From a virus (Duplodnaviria > Heunggongvirae > Uroviricota > Caudoviricetes), in IMG/VR virus record IMGVR_UViG_3300028379_000400, positions 1-64,000 of that record: a stretch of 64,000 nt of DNA; one strand, written 5' to 3'. Both the position numbers and the translations under genes were made by a program. How positions within the stretch are numbered: position 1 is the stretch's first letter; every line of letters starts with the position of its first letter. Below the pieces are notes generated by a model. The model worked only from the letters and a program-made list of their open reading frames with translations. It made no database searches and was not told the DNA's origin. Positions 9,172 through 18,892 of this stretch are shown here, one piece after another.

Positions 9172-9521
9172 CAGGCTGCAAGCCTTCTGAAAATGGAGGT
9201 TGCGGCCGAGATGTAGCCCAGCATGAAATTCATGACGTGCTCGCGGCTGTGGTCGTTGGCGTTGAACACCGAGCCGCCGTCGGAAGTGACGAGGTTCACG
9301 TGTTGCCATTCGCCATGGCAGTCCGCGTAGAGCGCGTAGTGACGATAGCTCTTCGTGCGATGGAAGACGCGCTTTGGCTCCGCATAGGTGCGCACTCGCA
9401 CGATCCAGTCTTCACCGGTGATAGCGCGAAGCTCTTGCAGAAGCTCATTGGCGTCGCGGTCACCGTCGATCGTCCGCGCCTTGCGCACGACGTCGTCACT
9501 TAGAAAAGTCAGTCCCGCCAT
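9171..9521 (-). CDS. hypothetical protein (116 aa)
   Basis: ORF from MAGLTFLSDD..., ATGA-coupled. Confidence 0.4.
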   Translation of the reverse strand: MAGLTFLSDDVVRKARTIDGDRDANELLQELRAITGEDWIVRVRTYAEPKRVFHRTKSYRHYALYADCHGEWQHVNLVTSDGGSVFNANDHSREHVMNFMLGYISAATSIFRRLAA

Positions 9522-10192
9522 CACGCCGCCTCGCGCTGGAAAATGCCTGCACGCTGAAAATGAAAGTAGAGATCGCGAAGGATCAGCATGTCCTCCCACG
9601 CGTCATGGGCACCGGTGCGCGGCGGCCGGCCGAGAATGATCTCGGCGGACTCGTCGAGCGTCGGCCACTTGAATTCCGACGTCTCGAATCCGCTCGGTAG
9701 CTTGCAGGCTTGCTGGCACCACGGCTTCAGCAAATCGATGAACTGCGTACCCGGCCGCGCCGTCCACAACCGGTCGTAGGCCGTTGGCTTGCCCTGGCTC
9801 TCACCGAAGCGGGAGAAGAGGCTGCCGATGATCCGGGCGTCGAAATCGCCATAGGTGACGACCCGCATCCCCTGCACCGGCGCCGTCTTCAGCATATCCG
9901 CCAGCATGCCAAGCACGCGGGGCTCCGGTACGCCGATGCGTGCCGTCGCCTGCGCTGTGATGCCGTGCACCTTCAGCGCGTTTTCCTTGGTGGTGCGGCC
10001 GTCAGCCTTGATGATGTGCGTGAAGGCGTTGGTGATTATGCCGGCCTCGTTGCAAAGCATCGCGGCACACGCCATTGCCCACGGCTGGGCAGGGTCGAAC
10101 GCAGATCGTTTGTCGAGATACAACCCTGACGTCTCGAGATCGAGGAACAGGATTGACGGGATCGAGAAGTCGCGGGCCGGTGCGTCGGTCAT
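9521..10192 (-). CDS. DnaQ-like 3'-5' exonuclease (DEDDh)
   Basis: Exo I motif LFLDLETSGL; H-x4-D near C-terminus (GAHDAWED). Confidence 0.7.
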   Translation of the reverse strand: MTDAPARDFSIPSILFLDLETSGLYLDKRSAFDPAQPWAMACAAMLCNEAGIITNAFTHIIKADGRTTKENALKVHGITAQATARIGVPEPRVLGMLADMLKTAPVQGMRVVTYGDFDARIIGSLFSRFGESQGKPTAYDRLWTARPGTQFIDLLKPWCQQACKLPSGFETSEFKWPTLDESAEIILGRPPRTGAHDAWEDMLILRDLYFHFQRAGIFQREAA

Positions 10193-10893
10193 GCGTCCCT
10201 CAGCTCCCTGAAGGTCGGCCCGACAATAGAGATCAGTTCGATTGGGCCGCCGGCGAGTTCATCATCGAAAACGCCGACGACGAGCCGACCGGTCCACCAA
10301 GCGAAGGTATCGAGATCCGTGCGGCCGGAGAAGAGCAGCGGGCCGTTCTCGAACTGGTGGTGGCCATGAACGACGTGTTTCGAGCCGTAACCGCCTTTGT
10401 CGCCGTCAGGGTAGAGCATCCAAAGGAGGATCTCGTCGTCCTGATCGCCGAGCTTGACGCCATCCTTGACGCCGGCGTGCACGAAAATGCGGTGAGCGTC
10501 CTCATAGTATTTCGGCAGCTCGAATGCCCAGCGCAGATGCTCGATCGGGATAAGCGAAGGATTGGCAAAATCGCCAACCGGATTGCCGTAACTGATGAGC
10601 GTAGCGCCGCCGCCGTTCCGCACCCACCATTCGATGCGCCCTGGCGCCGCGCAGCAGATAAGCATGATCTGCTCGTGATTGCCCTGCAGGCAAACGAGGC
10701 GAAGATTCGGGGCCGGGTCCCCGGCCATGAGCTTTTCGATAATCTCGCGGCTGCGCTGGCCGCGGTCGATATAGTCGCCCATCGTAATAATGGTCGCCTG
10801 CTTTCCCGCCGCATGCGCCGCAATTTTCTCAAATGCCATTCCGAGCAGGTCGTACCGGCCATGAAGGTCGGCGATCGCGTAGGTCAGGCTCAT
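10189..10893 (-). CDS. lambda-type Ser/Thr protein phosphatase (metallophosphoesterase)
   Basis: DLHGRYD, GDYIDRG, GNHE motifs. Confidence 0.8.
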   Translation of the reverse strand: MSLTYAIADLHGRYDLLGMAFEKIAAHAAGKQATIITMGDYIDRGQRSREIIEKLMAGDPAPNLRLVCLQGNHEQIMLICCAAPGRIEWWVRNGGGATLISYGNPVGDFANPSLIPIEHLRWAFELPKYYEDAHRIFVHAGVKDGVKLGDQDDEILLWMLYPDGDKGGYGSKHVVHGHHQFENGPLLFSGRTDLDTFAWWTGRLVVGVFDDELAGGPIELISIVGPTFRELRDA

Positions 10894-11051
10894 TCCGTAT
10901 CTCCCTTGGGCGCGCGCTTCTTCGGCGGCCGCTTCTCGTGCCGGATCTTCTCGGCAGCCCAGAACGCCCTGACCTTGCCCTTCACGTCCTCTTCATCGGC
11001 GCCTGTGAAGTAGATGCCGAGGCGATCGCCGTTGTGCTCGATGAAGGCCAT
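10890..11051 (-). CDS. small hypothetical protein
   Basis: ORF from MAFIEHNGDR...; start uncertain (possible TTG further upstream). Confidence 0.25.
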   Translation of the reverse strand: MAFIEHNGDRLGIYFTGADEEDVKGKVRAFWAAEKIRHEKRPPKKRAPKGDTE

Positions 11052-11104
11052 CCATGCCTTCTCCGGCGCGGCGTTGCGGCTCTCGTAAGTGATAATGCGG
11101 CTGG

Positions 11105-11539
11105 TCAATCTGCGGCCTTGAGGTTGCGGCGCCAATCGAAGAAACCCTGCATGCCGCGCACCGGGATGAAGGGGACGAGACGGGGGTTGCGGATCACCAG
11201 GCCGTAGCGGCCGACGAACCAGGGGCTGCAGGATTCCTCGACGCAATCGACGATCTCGCCAACGCCAATGATGCCGCCCGAGTCAGCGCCGTCGTAAATC
11301 TTTTTGAACTCGGAGATTAGAGGCAGCTCAAGAAGCCATGGCTCGCCGCTCACCGGATGGACAGCATGCGCTAGATCATGCATCGCGTCGCCGTCGACGG
11401 TTTTGCCGGCGTGAATGGCAAACGGGCCACGAAGCTTCCACCGCTGGTTGCGGTTCTCGATATCCTTGAGACCGGCTGCGATCAGCCAGGCCCACGGATT
11501 CATTATGGATAGCGCGAGCTGCGGGATGTCGTCGTACAT
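11105..11539 (-). CDS. ASCH domain protein
   Basis: GLKDIENR = G-x-K-x-x-E-x-R ASCH signature; PUA-like size. Confidence 0.6.
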   Translation of the reverse strand: MYDDIPQLALSIMNPWAWLIAAGLKDIENRNQRWKLRGPFAIHAGKTVDGDAMHDLAHAVHPVSGEPWLLELPLISEFKKIYDGADSGGIIGVGEIVDCVEESCSPWFVGRYGLVIRNPRLVPFIPVRGMQGFFDWRRNLKAAD

Positions 11540-11549
11540 CGCTCTGACC

Positions 11550-11810
11550 TCAGTCGAACCGAACCGTCGCGCCCTTGAAAGATCCTGCGCAAACGACGCC
11601 GGCTACGGGCTGGCCATTCACGCCGGTGCCACTAAAGGTCGTGCTGAGGCTGTCGTCGCGGCCGCAGCTCATCGGGTCGGGATCGTCGAGGCGAATATTG
11701 GTGATCCCAAGGGCGCTCAGAGCGCGGATGGCGCGATCTGGCGGGACCGAACAAGCGGCGAGAGCGGCGACAACAGATAGGGCAGCGATCGCCCGAAGAG
11801 CTTTTTTCAT
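11550..11810 (-). CDS. small lipoprotein
   Basis: MKKALRAIAALSVVAALAAC lipobox; GAGGAA RBS. Confidence 0.5.
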   Translation of the reverse strand: MKKALRAIAALSVVAALAACSVPPDRAIRALSALGITNIRLDDPDPMSCGRDDSLSTTFSGTGVNGQPVAGVVCAGSFKGATVRFD

Positions 11811-11826
11811 GTGATTCCTCAGCGGC

Positions 11827-12783
11827 TCAGGCCGCAACGAGTTGATGTCGATATTGGCGAAAGCCAACGAAGTTCCCGTGCTGGCGCGGGTTCTTCCAAA
11901 AGCCGGCGCCGATAGGTTCGTCTGCCTGGCAGATGTGTTCGGCCGGCGAGGCGTGGATGGGCCGGCTGGAAAGCAGCTTGTCGTGGACGGCGATCGCGCG
12001 CTCGAGGGTCATGTCGAAGCCGTCGACGGTCTTGTAGGAGGTCGACGCGCAGCGAGCGACGGACAGCGCAGTCGCCATTGTCAGCGCATTGCGGAACGGC
12101 CCGGCGGACTCGACGATGAAGCGCGTGTCGTCGTGGGTGACGAAGGGCAGGTGCCACTGGCCGGGCTGCAGGTCGATGATCGGACCATCTTCAAGGCACT
12201 TGCGGATCTCGCGCGCCAGCATCGCGATATGCGGCTCGGCGTCGGCGTGATCGCGCAGCTCGAGGAAGTTCGACCATTCAGTGGCCGACACCAGAACCGT
12301 GATGTGGGAGAACGGCTCCAGCAGCCGGTTGACGATCTGCTTGTGATAACCAGCAGCGTCGAACGCCATAGCAAACTTGATCGCGCTTTCCATCGCGGCG
12401 CGCCATGCCGACTCTCGTGGGAACGGGTAATCGCCGTCGATGCCGGTCACCTCGTTGTCGCATTCGGTGCTAGCCTGCATGCCCTTCTGGTTTGCGCCCC
12501 AAAATAAGGGGATAGCCGGATCGGCGAGTATGTCGTCGATCAGCTTCGACGTCGGAACGGCGCGACTGGAGCCGGCATTGCGCGACAGGGCAGGGTCAGC
12601 CATCAGCGATGGCGTGCTCGGCTCCCAGTCGAAATCTTCGGCCTCCGACAGCGAAATGACGCGATGCGTGTGCTGCTCGGCGTGGATCCAGCGCGGATAG
12701 CGCAGCAGCAGCGTGCTGACGATCTTGTCCGGCGCCGCGGCGTTGCGCGACCGGAGGATGGTCTTGGCTGAGATTGTCGTCAC
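11827..12783 (-). CDS. flavin-dependent thymidylate synthase (ThyX) family protein, divergent
   Basis: HTHRVISLS aligns to the ThyX RHR-x7-S motif with first Arg replaced by Thr; SNFLELRDHADAEPH matches ThyX NFLNLRADSHAQ. Confidence 0.55.
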   Translation of the reverse strand: MTTISAKTILRSRNAAAPDKIVSTLLLRYPRWIHAEQHTHRVISLSEAEDFDWEPSTPSLMADPALSRNAGSSRAVPTSKLIDDILADPAIPLFWGANQKGMQASTECDNEVTGIDGDYPFPRESAWRAAMESAIKFAMAFDAAGYHKQIVNRLLEPFSHITVLVSATEWSNFLELRDHADAEPHIAMLAREIRKCLEDGPIIDLQPGQWHLPFVTHDDTRFIVESAGPFRNALTMATALSVARCASTSYKTVDGFDMTLERAIAVHDKLLSSRPIHASPAEHICQADEPIGAGFWKNPRQHGNFVGFRQYRHQLVAA

Positions 12784-13037
12784 GGCGCAATCCCAAGCTG
12801 CTGGCAGGCATTATCGACGATCGCCTGCACGGTCGTGTCGTCATCCCACACGTCATCGGGGAGCTCGACGCCCTCGAATTCCATCTCGACAGCCATCGCG
12901 ACTTCGATCGCGTCGAGACTGTCCATGTTCAACTCGGCCAGTGTCGACGTCGGCTGCACGTCGGTCTCGCGCCCGGCGTATTTGGTAACGACGTCGATTA
13001 CCTTTGCCTGTACGTATTCCTTGGTCGTCATGCTCAC
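12780..13037 (-). CDS. acyl carrier protein-like (PP-binding)
   Basis: LAELNMDSLDAIEVAMAVEMEF = ACP phosphopantetheine-attachment DSL motif. Confidence 0.7.
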   Translation of the reverse strand: MSMTTKEYVQAKVIDVVTKYAGRETDVQPTSTLAELNMDSLDAIEVAMAVEMEFEGVELPDDVWDDDTTVQAIVDNACQQLGIAP

Positions 13038-13309
13038 TGCACCTTTGGGAAAGTTGGGCCGAAATGGCCGACTAGATCGCGCACCCGGTCTTCCGAGCCA
13101 ACGAACGCCGGCGGCATGCCCCCACCGAACCAGATGCTGAGGTAGACCTTGCCGGACTTGGCGATCTCGGCCCTCTCGTCATCGGACAACTGCCAGCAAG
13201 TGACGCAGCACTCTCCGTTGTGAAAAGCGCGAATGGGAGTGACGTCGTCCTCGCCTTCTGGCGGGTTCATCGTCACATTTGTGCCAGCGAAATCGATGCC
13301 AGTGGCCAT
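13034..13309 (-). CDS. hypothetical protein (91 aa)
   Basis: operon-coupled ORF. Confidence 0.4.
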   Translation of the reverse strand: MATGIDFAGTNVTMNPPEGEDDVTPIRAFHNGECCVTCWQLSDDERAEIAKSGKVYLSIWFGGGMPPAFVGSEDRVRDLVGHFGPTFPKVQ

Positions 13310-13311
13310 GG

Positions 13312-14424
13312 CTAAATCCTCATCGGCATGAGCACGAAGAGCGTGCTCGGATCGTCTTCGGCGAACAGGCGAGTTGGTGAGCCGGGCTCCGATACCGAGA
13401 TCGACACCTGCTTACCGCTGACGATGCCGAGGATGTCGTTGGCGTAGCGGGCGTTGAACCCGATCTCGAATGGCTCCGCCTCCCAGATCGCGTCCATGTC
13501 CTCGACGGAGTCGCCGTGGTCTGGGTTGGTGACGCTGATCTCGAGCTTGCCGGTTTCGAGCTTAAACTTGACGGCCTTGCCGCCGCGGTCTGAAGAGATG
13601 ACGGAGACCCGGTCGATCGCCGCTCGTAGATCGGACACCTTGACCGAAGCCACGGTATTGCTGAGGGCAGGGGTGACGCGCTTGTAGTCGGGGAAGGTGC
13701 CTTCGATCAGCTTCGACAGCAGCGAAACGCCGCCGATGGCGATGCGGATCTTGGTATCGGACACCTCGACTTTGATGTCGCCGCCGGCATCGAGAAGCTT
13801 GGAGATTTCGCCCACGGCCTTCCGCGGCACGATGATACCCGGCATGCCGTTCGAGCCATCGGGCGCCGGGCATTCGCAGCGGGCCATGCGATGGCCGTCG
13901 GTGGCGACGCCGCGCAGGACAGGCATGCGCTTCTCGTCCTCATCGACGTGCAGAAAAATGCCATTGAGGTAGTAGCGGGTTTCCTCGGTGGAGATGGCGA
14001 ACGCCGTCTTGGCGATGATGCGCGCCAGGTCGGCGGCCGGCATCGTGAACTCGTGAGTGAAGGTGCCGACCTTGAGGTCCGGGAAAGATTCTGGGCTCAG
14101 GATGTTGAGGCTGAAGCGGGACCGGCCGCTCTTGATGACGATATCATTCTCGCCGAGGGTGAACGTCAGCGCGCCTTCGGCGGCCTTGCGAACGATTTCG
14201 TGCAGGGTGCCGGCCGGGACTGTCGTCTTTCCGGGCGCATCGATGATCGCCTGCGCCGACTCCGTGATCTCGATATCGAGATCGGTGGCGCGCAGGGTGA
14301 TCTGGCCGTCTGCCGCGGTTATCAGGACGTTGGCGAGGATCGGATAGGTGTTGCGGCGTTCGACGACGCGGCTGACGTGGGCGACAACTTTGAGCAGCGC
14401 GGCGCGTTCGATGGTGAACTTCAT
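13312..14424 (-). CDS. dnaN: DNA polymerase III beta sliding clamp
   Basis: N-terminus MKFTIERAALLKVV...RRNTYPILANVLI and full-length three-domain clamp pattern. Confidence 0.85.
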   Translation of the reverse strand: MKFTIERAALLKVVAHVSRVVERRNTYPILANVLITAADGQITLRATDLDIEITESAQAIIDAPGKTTVPAGTLHEIVRKAAEGALTFTLGENDIVIKSGRSRFSLNILSPESFPDLKVGTFTHEFTMPAADLARIIAKTAFAISTEETRYYLNGIFLHVDEDEKRMPVLRGVATDGHRMARCECPAPDGSNGMPGIIVPRKAVGEISKLLDAGGDIKVEVSDTKIRIAIGGVSLLSKLIEGTFPDYKRVTPALSNTVASVKVSDLRAAIDRVSVISSDRGGKAVKFKLETGKLEISVTNPDHGDSVEDMDAIWEAEPFEIGFNARYANDILGIVSGKQVSISVSEPGSPTRLFAEDDPSTLFVLMPMRI

Positions 14425-15362
14425 TAGAGAAGCAGTCCTTGGTTGGGGTCGACCACGACGCGGTCAATTGCTTCGCCGGCTGCGGTGACGCCGACGGGCG
14501 CCATGCCATTGGCGATCAATTGGCGGTTAAGCTCGGCTTCTTCTCGCTCGCGCCGATAGGCTTCCTCGCGGATCGCGATGTGATGCCTGGCGGTGTAGAG
14601 GACGTCCTCGTCGTCGAAGTCGCGTTTGCTGACGATCCACTGGAGCAAGCCGTCATCGACGTCTTCCCAGAGCGTCCCCTTGCCGCCGTTACGCGCCGAG
14701 CCGAGACGGCAGCGCACAGTCAGCGCCGGCAGCTTCGTCCATTCGATCATCTGCTGCAGCGGGCAACCGTCGTTCAGAAGGTCGCGGACGTGGTGAGCGG
14801 TGACATAGGAGTCCGGACCGGCGCGATGGGCAGGCAGACCCTTCGCCCGCTCCAGCCCGGCGGGCCGGCGCCAATAGCGCAGCCCCATGTTCGAATGCAG
14901 CGGCGCATCCTTCCATACGCGGAGAGCCGTCTTGTAGGTGCAGATGAACGGGATCGGCGTGACGCCCGCCGCGTACCAGTCGGAGCTGATCCACGCAGAC
15001 TCCATCTTGGCGCCATGGGCGCCGAACGCGATTACCTTCTCGTCCCCCTTCTGAGCGACGCTCGATTGGACAAGCGATCTCAGTAGCGGCTGCCAGTTCG
15101 GCAGGCCGACGACATCCTCGTCGAGGATATGGTGCACAGCAGCAGTGTTCGGCGGAATGGGGAAGCCGGGGCTGCAGAGTCGAGCCTTGCCTTCGCGGAC
15201 CTCCCAATTGCACGGTTCGCCGGCGAGGTCCTGTGACTTCGATACGACGTCCGTATAGGCGAGCTCGCACAGCCCGGCCTCTGGGCCGGGATCGTCCGTG
15301 GATTCAAAATCGAGAACTCGAATGACGCTCAAAGCTGACCGCCGGTATGGGCCTGGATCCAA
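14424..15362 (-). CDS. DnaQ-like 3'-5' exonuclease
   Basis: IRVLDFESTD (Exo I), HRAGPDSYVTAHH (Exo III H-x-A-x-x-D). Confidence 0.65.
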   Translation of the reverse strand: MDPGPYRRSALSVIRVLDFESTDDPGPEAGLCELAYTDVVSKSQDLAGEPCNWEVREGKARLCSPGFPIPPNTAAVHHILDEDVVGLPNWQPLLRSLVQSSVAQKGDEKVIAFGAHGAKMESAWISSDWYAAGVTPIPFICTYKTALRVWKDAPLHSNMGLRYWRRPAGLERAKGLPAHRAGPDSYVTAHHVRDLLNDGCPLQQMIEWTKLPALTVRCRLGSARNGGKGTLWEDVDDGLLQWIVSKRDFDDEDVLYTARHHIAIREEAYRREREEAELNRQLIANGMAPVGVTAAGEAIDRVVVDPNQGLLL

Positions 15363-16582
15363 GACTCGACGGCCTTCGCAACCTCGCCGGCCGGGACCTT
15401 CCCGTTTGCGCGGTGGAGATGGTTCTCCTTGATGTCGGCGCCGAGCTTCTTGTCGTCGGGATGGCGCACCTTCGTGCCCTTGCCAGCGCCGGCACCCCAG
15501 AACTGGTCGTGCGCCTTTTGCACGCTCTCGGCGCTGTTCACCCGCGCAAGGGCGCTATGATACCCGCGCCAAATCTCGGCGGAGACGCGAACCACTGGAG
15601 TGCTCGCATCCCCGCCGTCATCGCCGGAGCCATTGCCCCCCTTCGGCGACGGATCTTCTTGGGGCCGGCTGCCGCCAGAAGCGGTCGAGCCAGCCCCGCC
15701 AACGGACTGCGCTGCATCAGCAGCAAGCTTTTTGTCCGTCGGCTGCGCAGAGGCCGTAGACCCGGGCGACGTTGTTTTAGGCGTCGCGTCGGATTGTGCC
15801 CCTGATCCTACTTCGACAAATTCGCCGGTGGTCGCATCCATGCGCTCCATCGGGACTGCCGAGTTGTTTTCGAGTTGCTTGATATTGTCAGCGCTGAAGC
15901 CGGAAGTCGGCGGCGGTGCGAACCGCTCCGCAATCGGCACGGCCTGCCTGGCATGCTGCTCAAGCAGCATCTCGGTGACCTCATCGTCACCCAGGACGCC
16001 CATGATGGCGCTCGGCTTGTAGACGCGCGACCATTCCCGCGTGCCGCGGTAGACCAGCATCTTGCCGTAAGTTGCCGGCCGCCACGGCGAGTTGTTGCCG
16101 TCCGTCTTCCACTCGTCGACCGAGCCGTCCATGATCTGGAACCGCGGATGGCGATAGCCAGGCTCAAGCTGGTCAATCACCTCGTCTGGCAATTCGACGT
16201 CGGACAGATAGACATGGTATCCAACGGTGTTCGGCTCGCCGCTGAAATAGGCGTGCAGCTTGATGCCGAACAGCGACTCGAGCACGGCCGCGATGACCTT
16301 GCCTTCGAACATCAACTTGCCGCGGACGATCGACGACGATGCCATCAGGGCAAATGGCGAAATGTTCCAGCGGTCAGCCTGCTCGACTACGGCGAAGACG
16401 TTCGACAGGACGACCATTTCGTCGAAGTCGTTGAAGACCGCGCCCTTCCGCTCGCCACGCAGACTCTCCGGCACGATCGAAGATTGGGCGATGCGCTCGG
16501 ACAACTTCCACAGATAGTCGAGACGCTCCGGATTGATGGCGGCCGACGGGCGCCAGGATTCGATAGGTGCGATGTCGTTCAT
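15329..16582 (-). CDS. phage single-strand annealing protein, RecT-like (tentative)
   Basis: weak RecT-like pattern; acidic Gly/Ser-rich tail; sits between PD-(D/E)XK exonuclease and DnaQ-like nuclease; start MNDIAPIESW overlaps upstream stop. Confidence 0.45.
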   Translation of the reverse strand: MNDIAPIESWRPSAAINPERLDYLWKLSERIAQSSIVPESLRGERKGAVFNDFDEMVVLSNVFAVVEQADRWNISPFALMASSSIVRGKLMFEGKVIAAVLESLFGIKLHAYFSGEPNTVGYHVYLSDVELPDEVIDQLEPGYRHPRFQIMDGSVDEWKTDGNNSPWRPATYGKMLVYRGTREWSRVYKPSAIMGVLGDDEVTEMLLEQHARQAVPIAERFAPPPTSGFSADNIKQLENNSAVPMERMDATTGEFVEVGSGAQSDATPKTTSPGSTASAQPTDKKLAADAAQSVGGAGSTASGGSRPQEDPSPKGGNGSGDDGGDASTPVVRVSAEIWRGYHSALARVNSAESVQKAHDQFWGAGAGKGTKVRHPDDKKLGADIKENHLHRANGKVPAGEVAKAVESWIQAHTGGQL

Positions 16583-17559
16583 GCCGCCAATTCCTGAGTG
16601 ATGAGGTCGTACCGGCGCTTCGACTGCTTGCGCGCCCATTCGGTTCTGCGCACGAAAGCGCCGTCGCCGGCCGGCGCCTTCGGACCCGGCCATTCGTTAC
16701 GCTCGACGCAGCGCTTGATCAGACGCAGCGCCGCGTGGTTCTCGTCGTGGCCACCGACGATGATCTCGCCGGTGAACGGATCCTTCCCGCCAACGATATC
16801 GAGCGGATGGATCTCGTCGAAGCGGACGCAGTGCGGCGGCTTCTGCTCGACGTAGACGAGCGTGAAGTGCTGCATCTCGATATCGAGCGTCTTCTTCATG
16901 CCCTCGCGAACCATCGCGGCCTGCTGGTTGTAGCCGCGTTCGCCCAGCGCTCTCGAGATGCCGTCACTGCTGACATCGGCAACGCATTTGAGGTCGGCGC
17001 TGTCGCCGGAATCGTTGGGGATGTTGTCCGGTCGGCTCTTCAGCCAGATGCCGGTCTCTTCGTCCTTCCAGAACATCGAGACTTCGGTGTAGCCGTTGAG
17101 AATGCCGCCCCGGACAATCGGCTCTGCCGCAAGGCTCACGGACATGCCGCGGATCCACTCAATCTGCTCGCCCTTGATGATCGTCAGGCCTTCGAGCGCG
17201 CGATCGGCTTCCCACTGCAGGCAGGACTTGTTGCTGCCGTGCCATTCTCGACCGTCCGGCGCCTTGTCAGGGCGCATCGCGAAATATTTGCCGAAATCAC
17301 CTTCTCCGAGGAGCAAGTGGTGAGCAGCCCGACCAAGGATGATTGGCTCGGTTTGCTTGAATTCTTTCCGGTTCGGATTGAAGTGGCTGCCGTTCCAGTA
17401 GTGCTTCGGCGACTCGATGTAGACGGTCCGAAGATTGCTCGAGCTGACGGACAGGCCATCGCACGGCTGGCCGTGATAAACCTCCATCGGCATGCCGAGG
17501 TAGGCGCCAGGCTCGGTGATGATCTGGCCGGGGACGTATTGACGGAAAGGCGAGCTCAT
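16579..17559 (-). CDS. PD-(D/E)XK-family recombination exonuclease (RecE/YqaJ-like)
   Basis: FTLVYVEQKPP E-x-K motif; position between SbcC-like ATPase and SSAP. Confidence 0.5.
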   Translation of the reverse strand: MSSPFRQYVPGQIITEPGAYLGMPMEVYHGQPCDGLSVSSSNLRTVYIESPKHYWNGSHFNPNRKEFKQTEPIILGRAAHHLLLGEGDFGKYFAMRPDKAPDGREWHGSNKSCLQWEADRALEGLTIIKGEQIEWIRGMSVSLAAEPIVRGGILNGYTEVSMFWKDEETGIWLKSRPDNIPNDSGDSADLKCVADVSSDGISRALGERGYNQQAAMVREGMKKTLDIEMQHFTLVYVEQKPPHCVRFDEIHPLDIVGGKDPFTGEIIVGGHDENHAALRLIKRCVERNEWPGPKAPAGDGAFVRRTEWARKQSKRRYDLITQELAA

Positions 17560-18884
17560 TCCGCTGCCTCGAGTTTTGGCTCGGCGCCGCGAACGCGTCC
17601 ATCTTCGATAACGATGGCGGTGGGACGGCTGCTATCAACCGTTTCCACGAACAGTTGGAGCCCTTGCTCGACGGCATATTGCTCGAGCAGCGCCCACGAC
17701 TTCTTGTCCATGAGGCTGCCGTCCCGCACCAGCGCGACTTTGAGGCGCGGGCTGAGGGCTGCGGCCAGAGCGCATGACACCCTGATCTTCTGGGCCTGCG
17801 ATGCCTGATCGAGAGGCTGACCGCGGAACGTGACGATGCCATTCTCGTCGATCGAAAGGCCGGCTACAGGCATCTTCGCCTTCTTGACCGCCTCGGCACG
17901 GGCGGCGCGTCGATCGTCGAGAGCCTTGGTCAGCGCCTTGGACTCGACATCGAGACGCTCGGCGTGGACGATCAGCCCGTTGCGCTTCGTCAAATCGGCG
18001 ACGGCGCGATTGGTGCCGCGCGCGGCTTCGATCTTGGCGCGAACCGCGCCGGCATCCTGCAGAGGCGGCAGTTCGCCCGCCTCGATCAGCTTGCGATCAT
18101 TGTTGTCGGCGGAAGCGCGAAGCTCGGCGGCTTGGGTATCCAGGTCATCAGCCTGCTTGCGAAGCTCGGCGGCGCGAGACACCAGCCCATTGGCGGTCTC
18201 GCGGTGGCGCAGGCTCTCGGCGGCAAGCCGCTCGCGATTGGCCTTGCGGGTCTCGATATTGGTGTTGTGCTCGCCAACTCGCTGCAGCTCGGCAACGAGT
18301 TCCCCTTCGTCGATCGGTTGCCCGGGCGTGCCTTCCGGCACCATAATGCCGGCGACCTGAGCGGTAAGCTCCTTGAACTTCCGATTGACGTCTGTCCGCT
18401 TGGCGAAGTCATCGTCGTAGGCCAAGCGGTCGGCAGCGAAATCGAAGCCGGGGACGAATTTCTCCAGCACGCCGCGCAGCTCATCGGCGTCCATCCGCAG
18501 CATGGCGAGGGGATCGAAGCTGAAAGTGCCGAAGATGGCATCAAGGGTCTTCTGCGGCTTCGGGAACCGCGCGCCGCCAGGTCCCTCAAGGACGAGCGTC
18601 TCAATCAACTCGCCAGCGTCGTTGCGCTTGAACGTCTTCACGGCACGGACAGGAACCTCGCCGACGTCGTCCATGTGGATGACGATGGTGGCCTCTTCGG
18701 CGTCGTCGTTGATCGGCTTCCATGAGAGCGGCTTACGGCCGCCGGCCATCGTGGCTATGGCGTTGAGCAGACTGCTCTTGCCGTTCTCGTTGAAGCCGGT
18801 GACTTCGTTCATCCCCGGCCCGGGATCGATATCGACGTGCCGGACGCGCATGAAATTGTCGACAACAAGCTTGGTAATCGGCAT
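17556..18884 (-). CDS. SbcC/Rad50-like AAA ATPase with coiled coil
   Basis: Walker A GFNENGKSSL, long Ala/Arg coiled-coil, C-terminal D-loop region. Confidence 0.7.
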   Translation of the reverse strand: MPITKLVVDNFMRVRHVDIDPGPGMNEVTGFNENGKSSLLNAIATMAGGRKPLSWKPINDDAEEATIVIHMDDVGEVPVRAVKTFKRNDAGELIETLVLEGPGGARFPKPQKTLDAIFGTFSFDPLAMLRMDADELRGVLEKFVPGFDFAADRLAYDDDFAKRTDVNRKFKELTAQVAGIMVPEGTPGQPIDEGELVAELQRVGEHNTNIETRKANRERLAAESLRHRETANGLVSRAAELRKQADDLDTQAAELRASADNNDRKLIEAGELPPLQDAGAVRAKIEAARGTNRAVADLTKRNGLIVHAERLDVESKALTKALDDRRAARAEAVKKAKMPVAGLSIDENGIVTFRGQPLDQASQAQKIRVSCALAAALSPRLKVALVRDGSLMDKKSWALLEQYAVEQGLQLFVETVDSSRPTAIVIEDGRVRGAEPKLEAAE

Positions 18885-18892
18885 TGGAGTCC

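Noticed and set aside
16567-17808. 413-aa plus-strand ORF
   Set aside because: Antisense to the PD-(D/E)XK exonuclease and SbcC-like genes, both of which have clear motifs.
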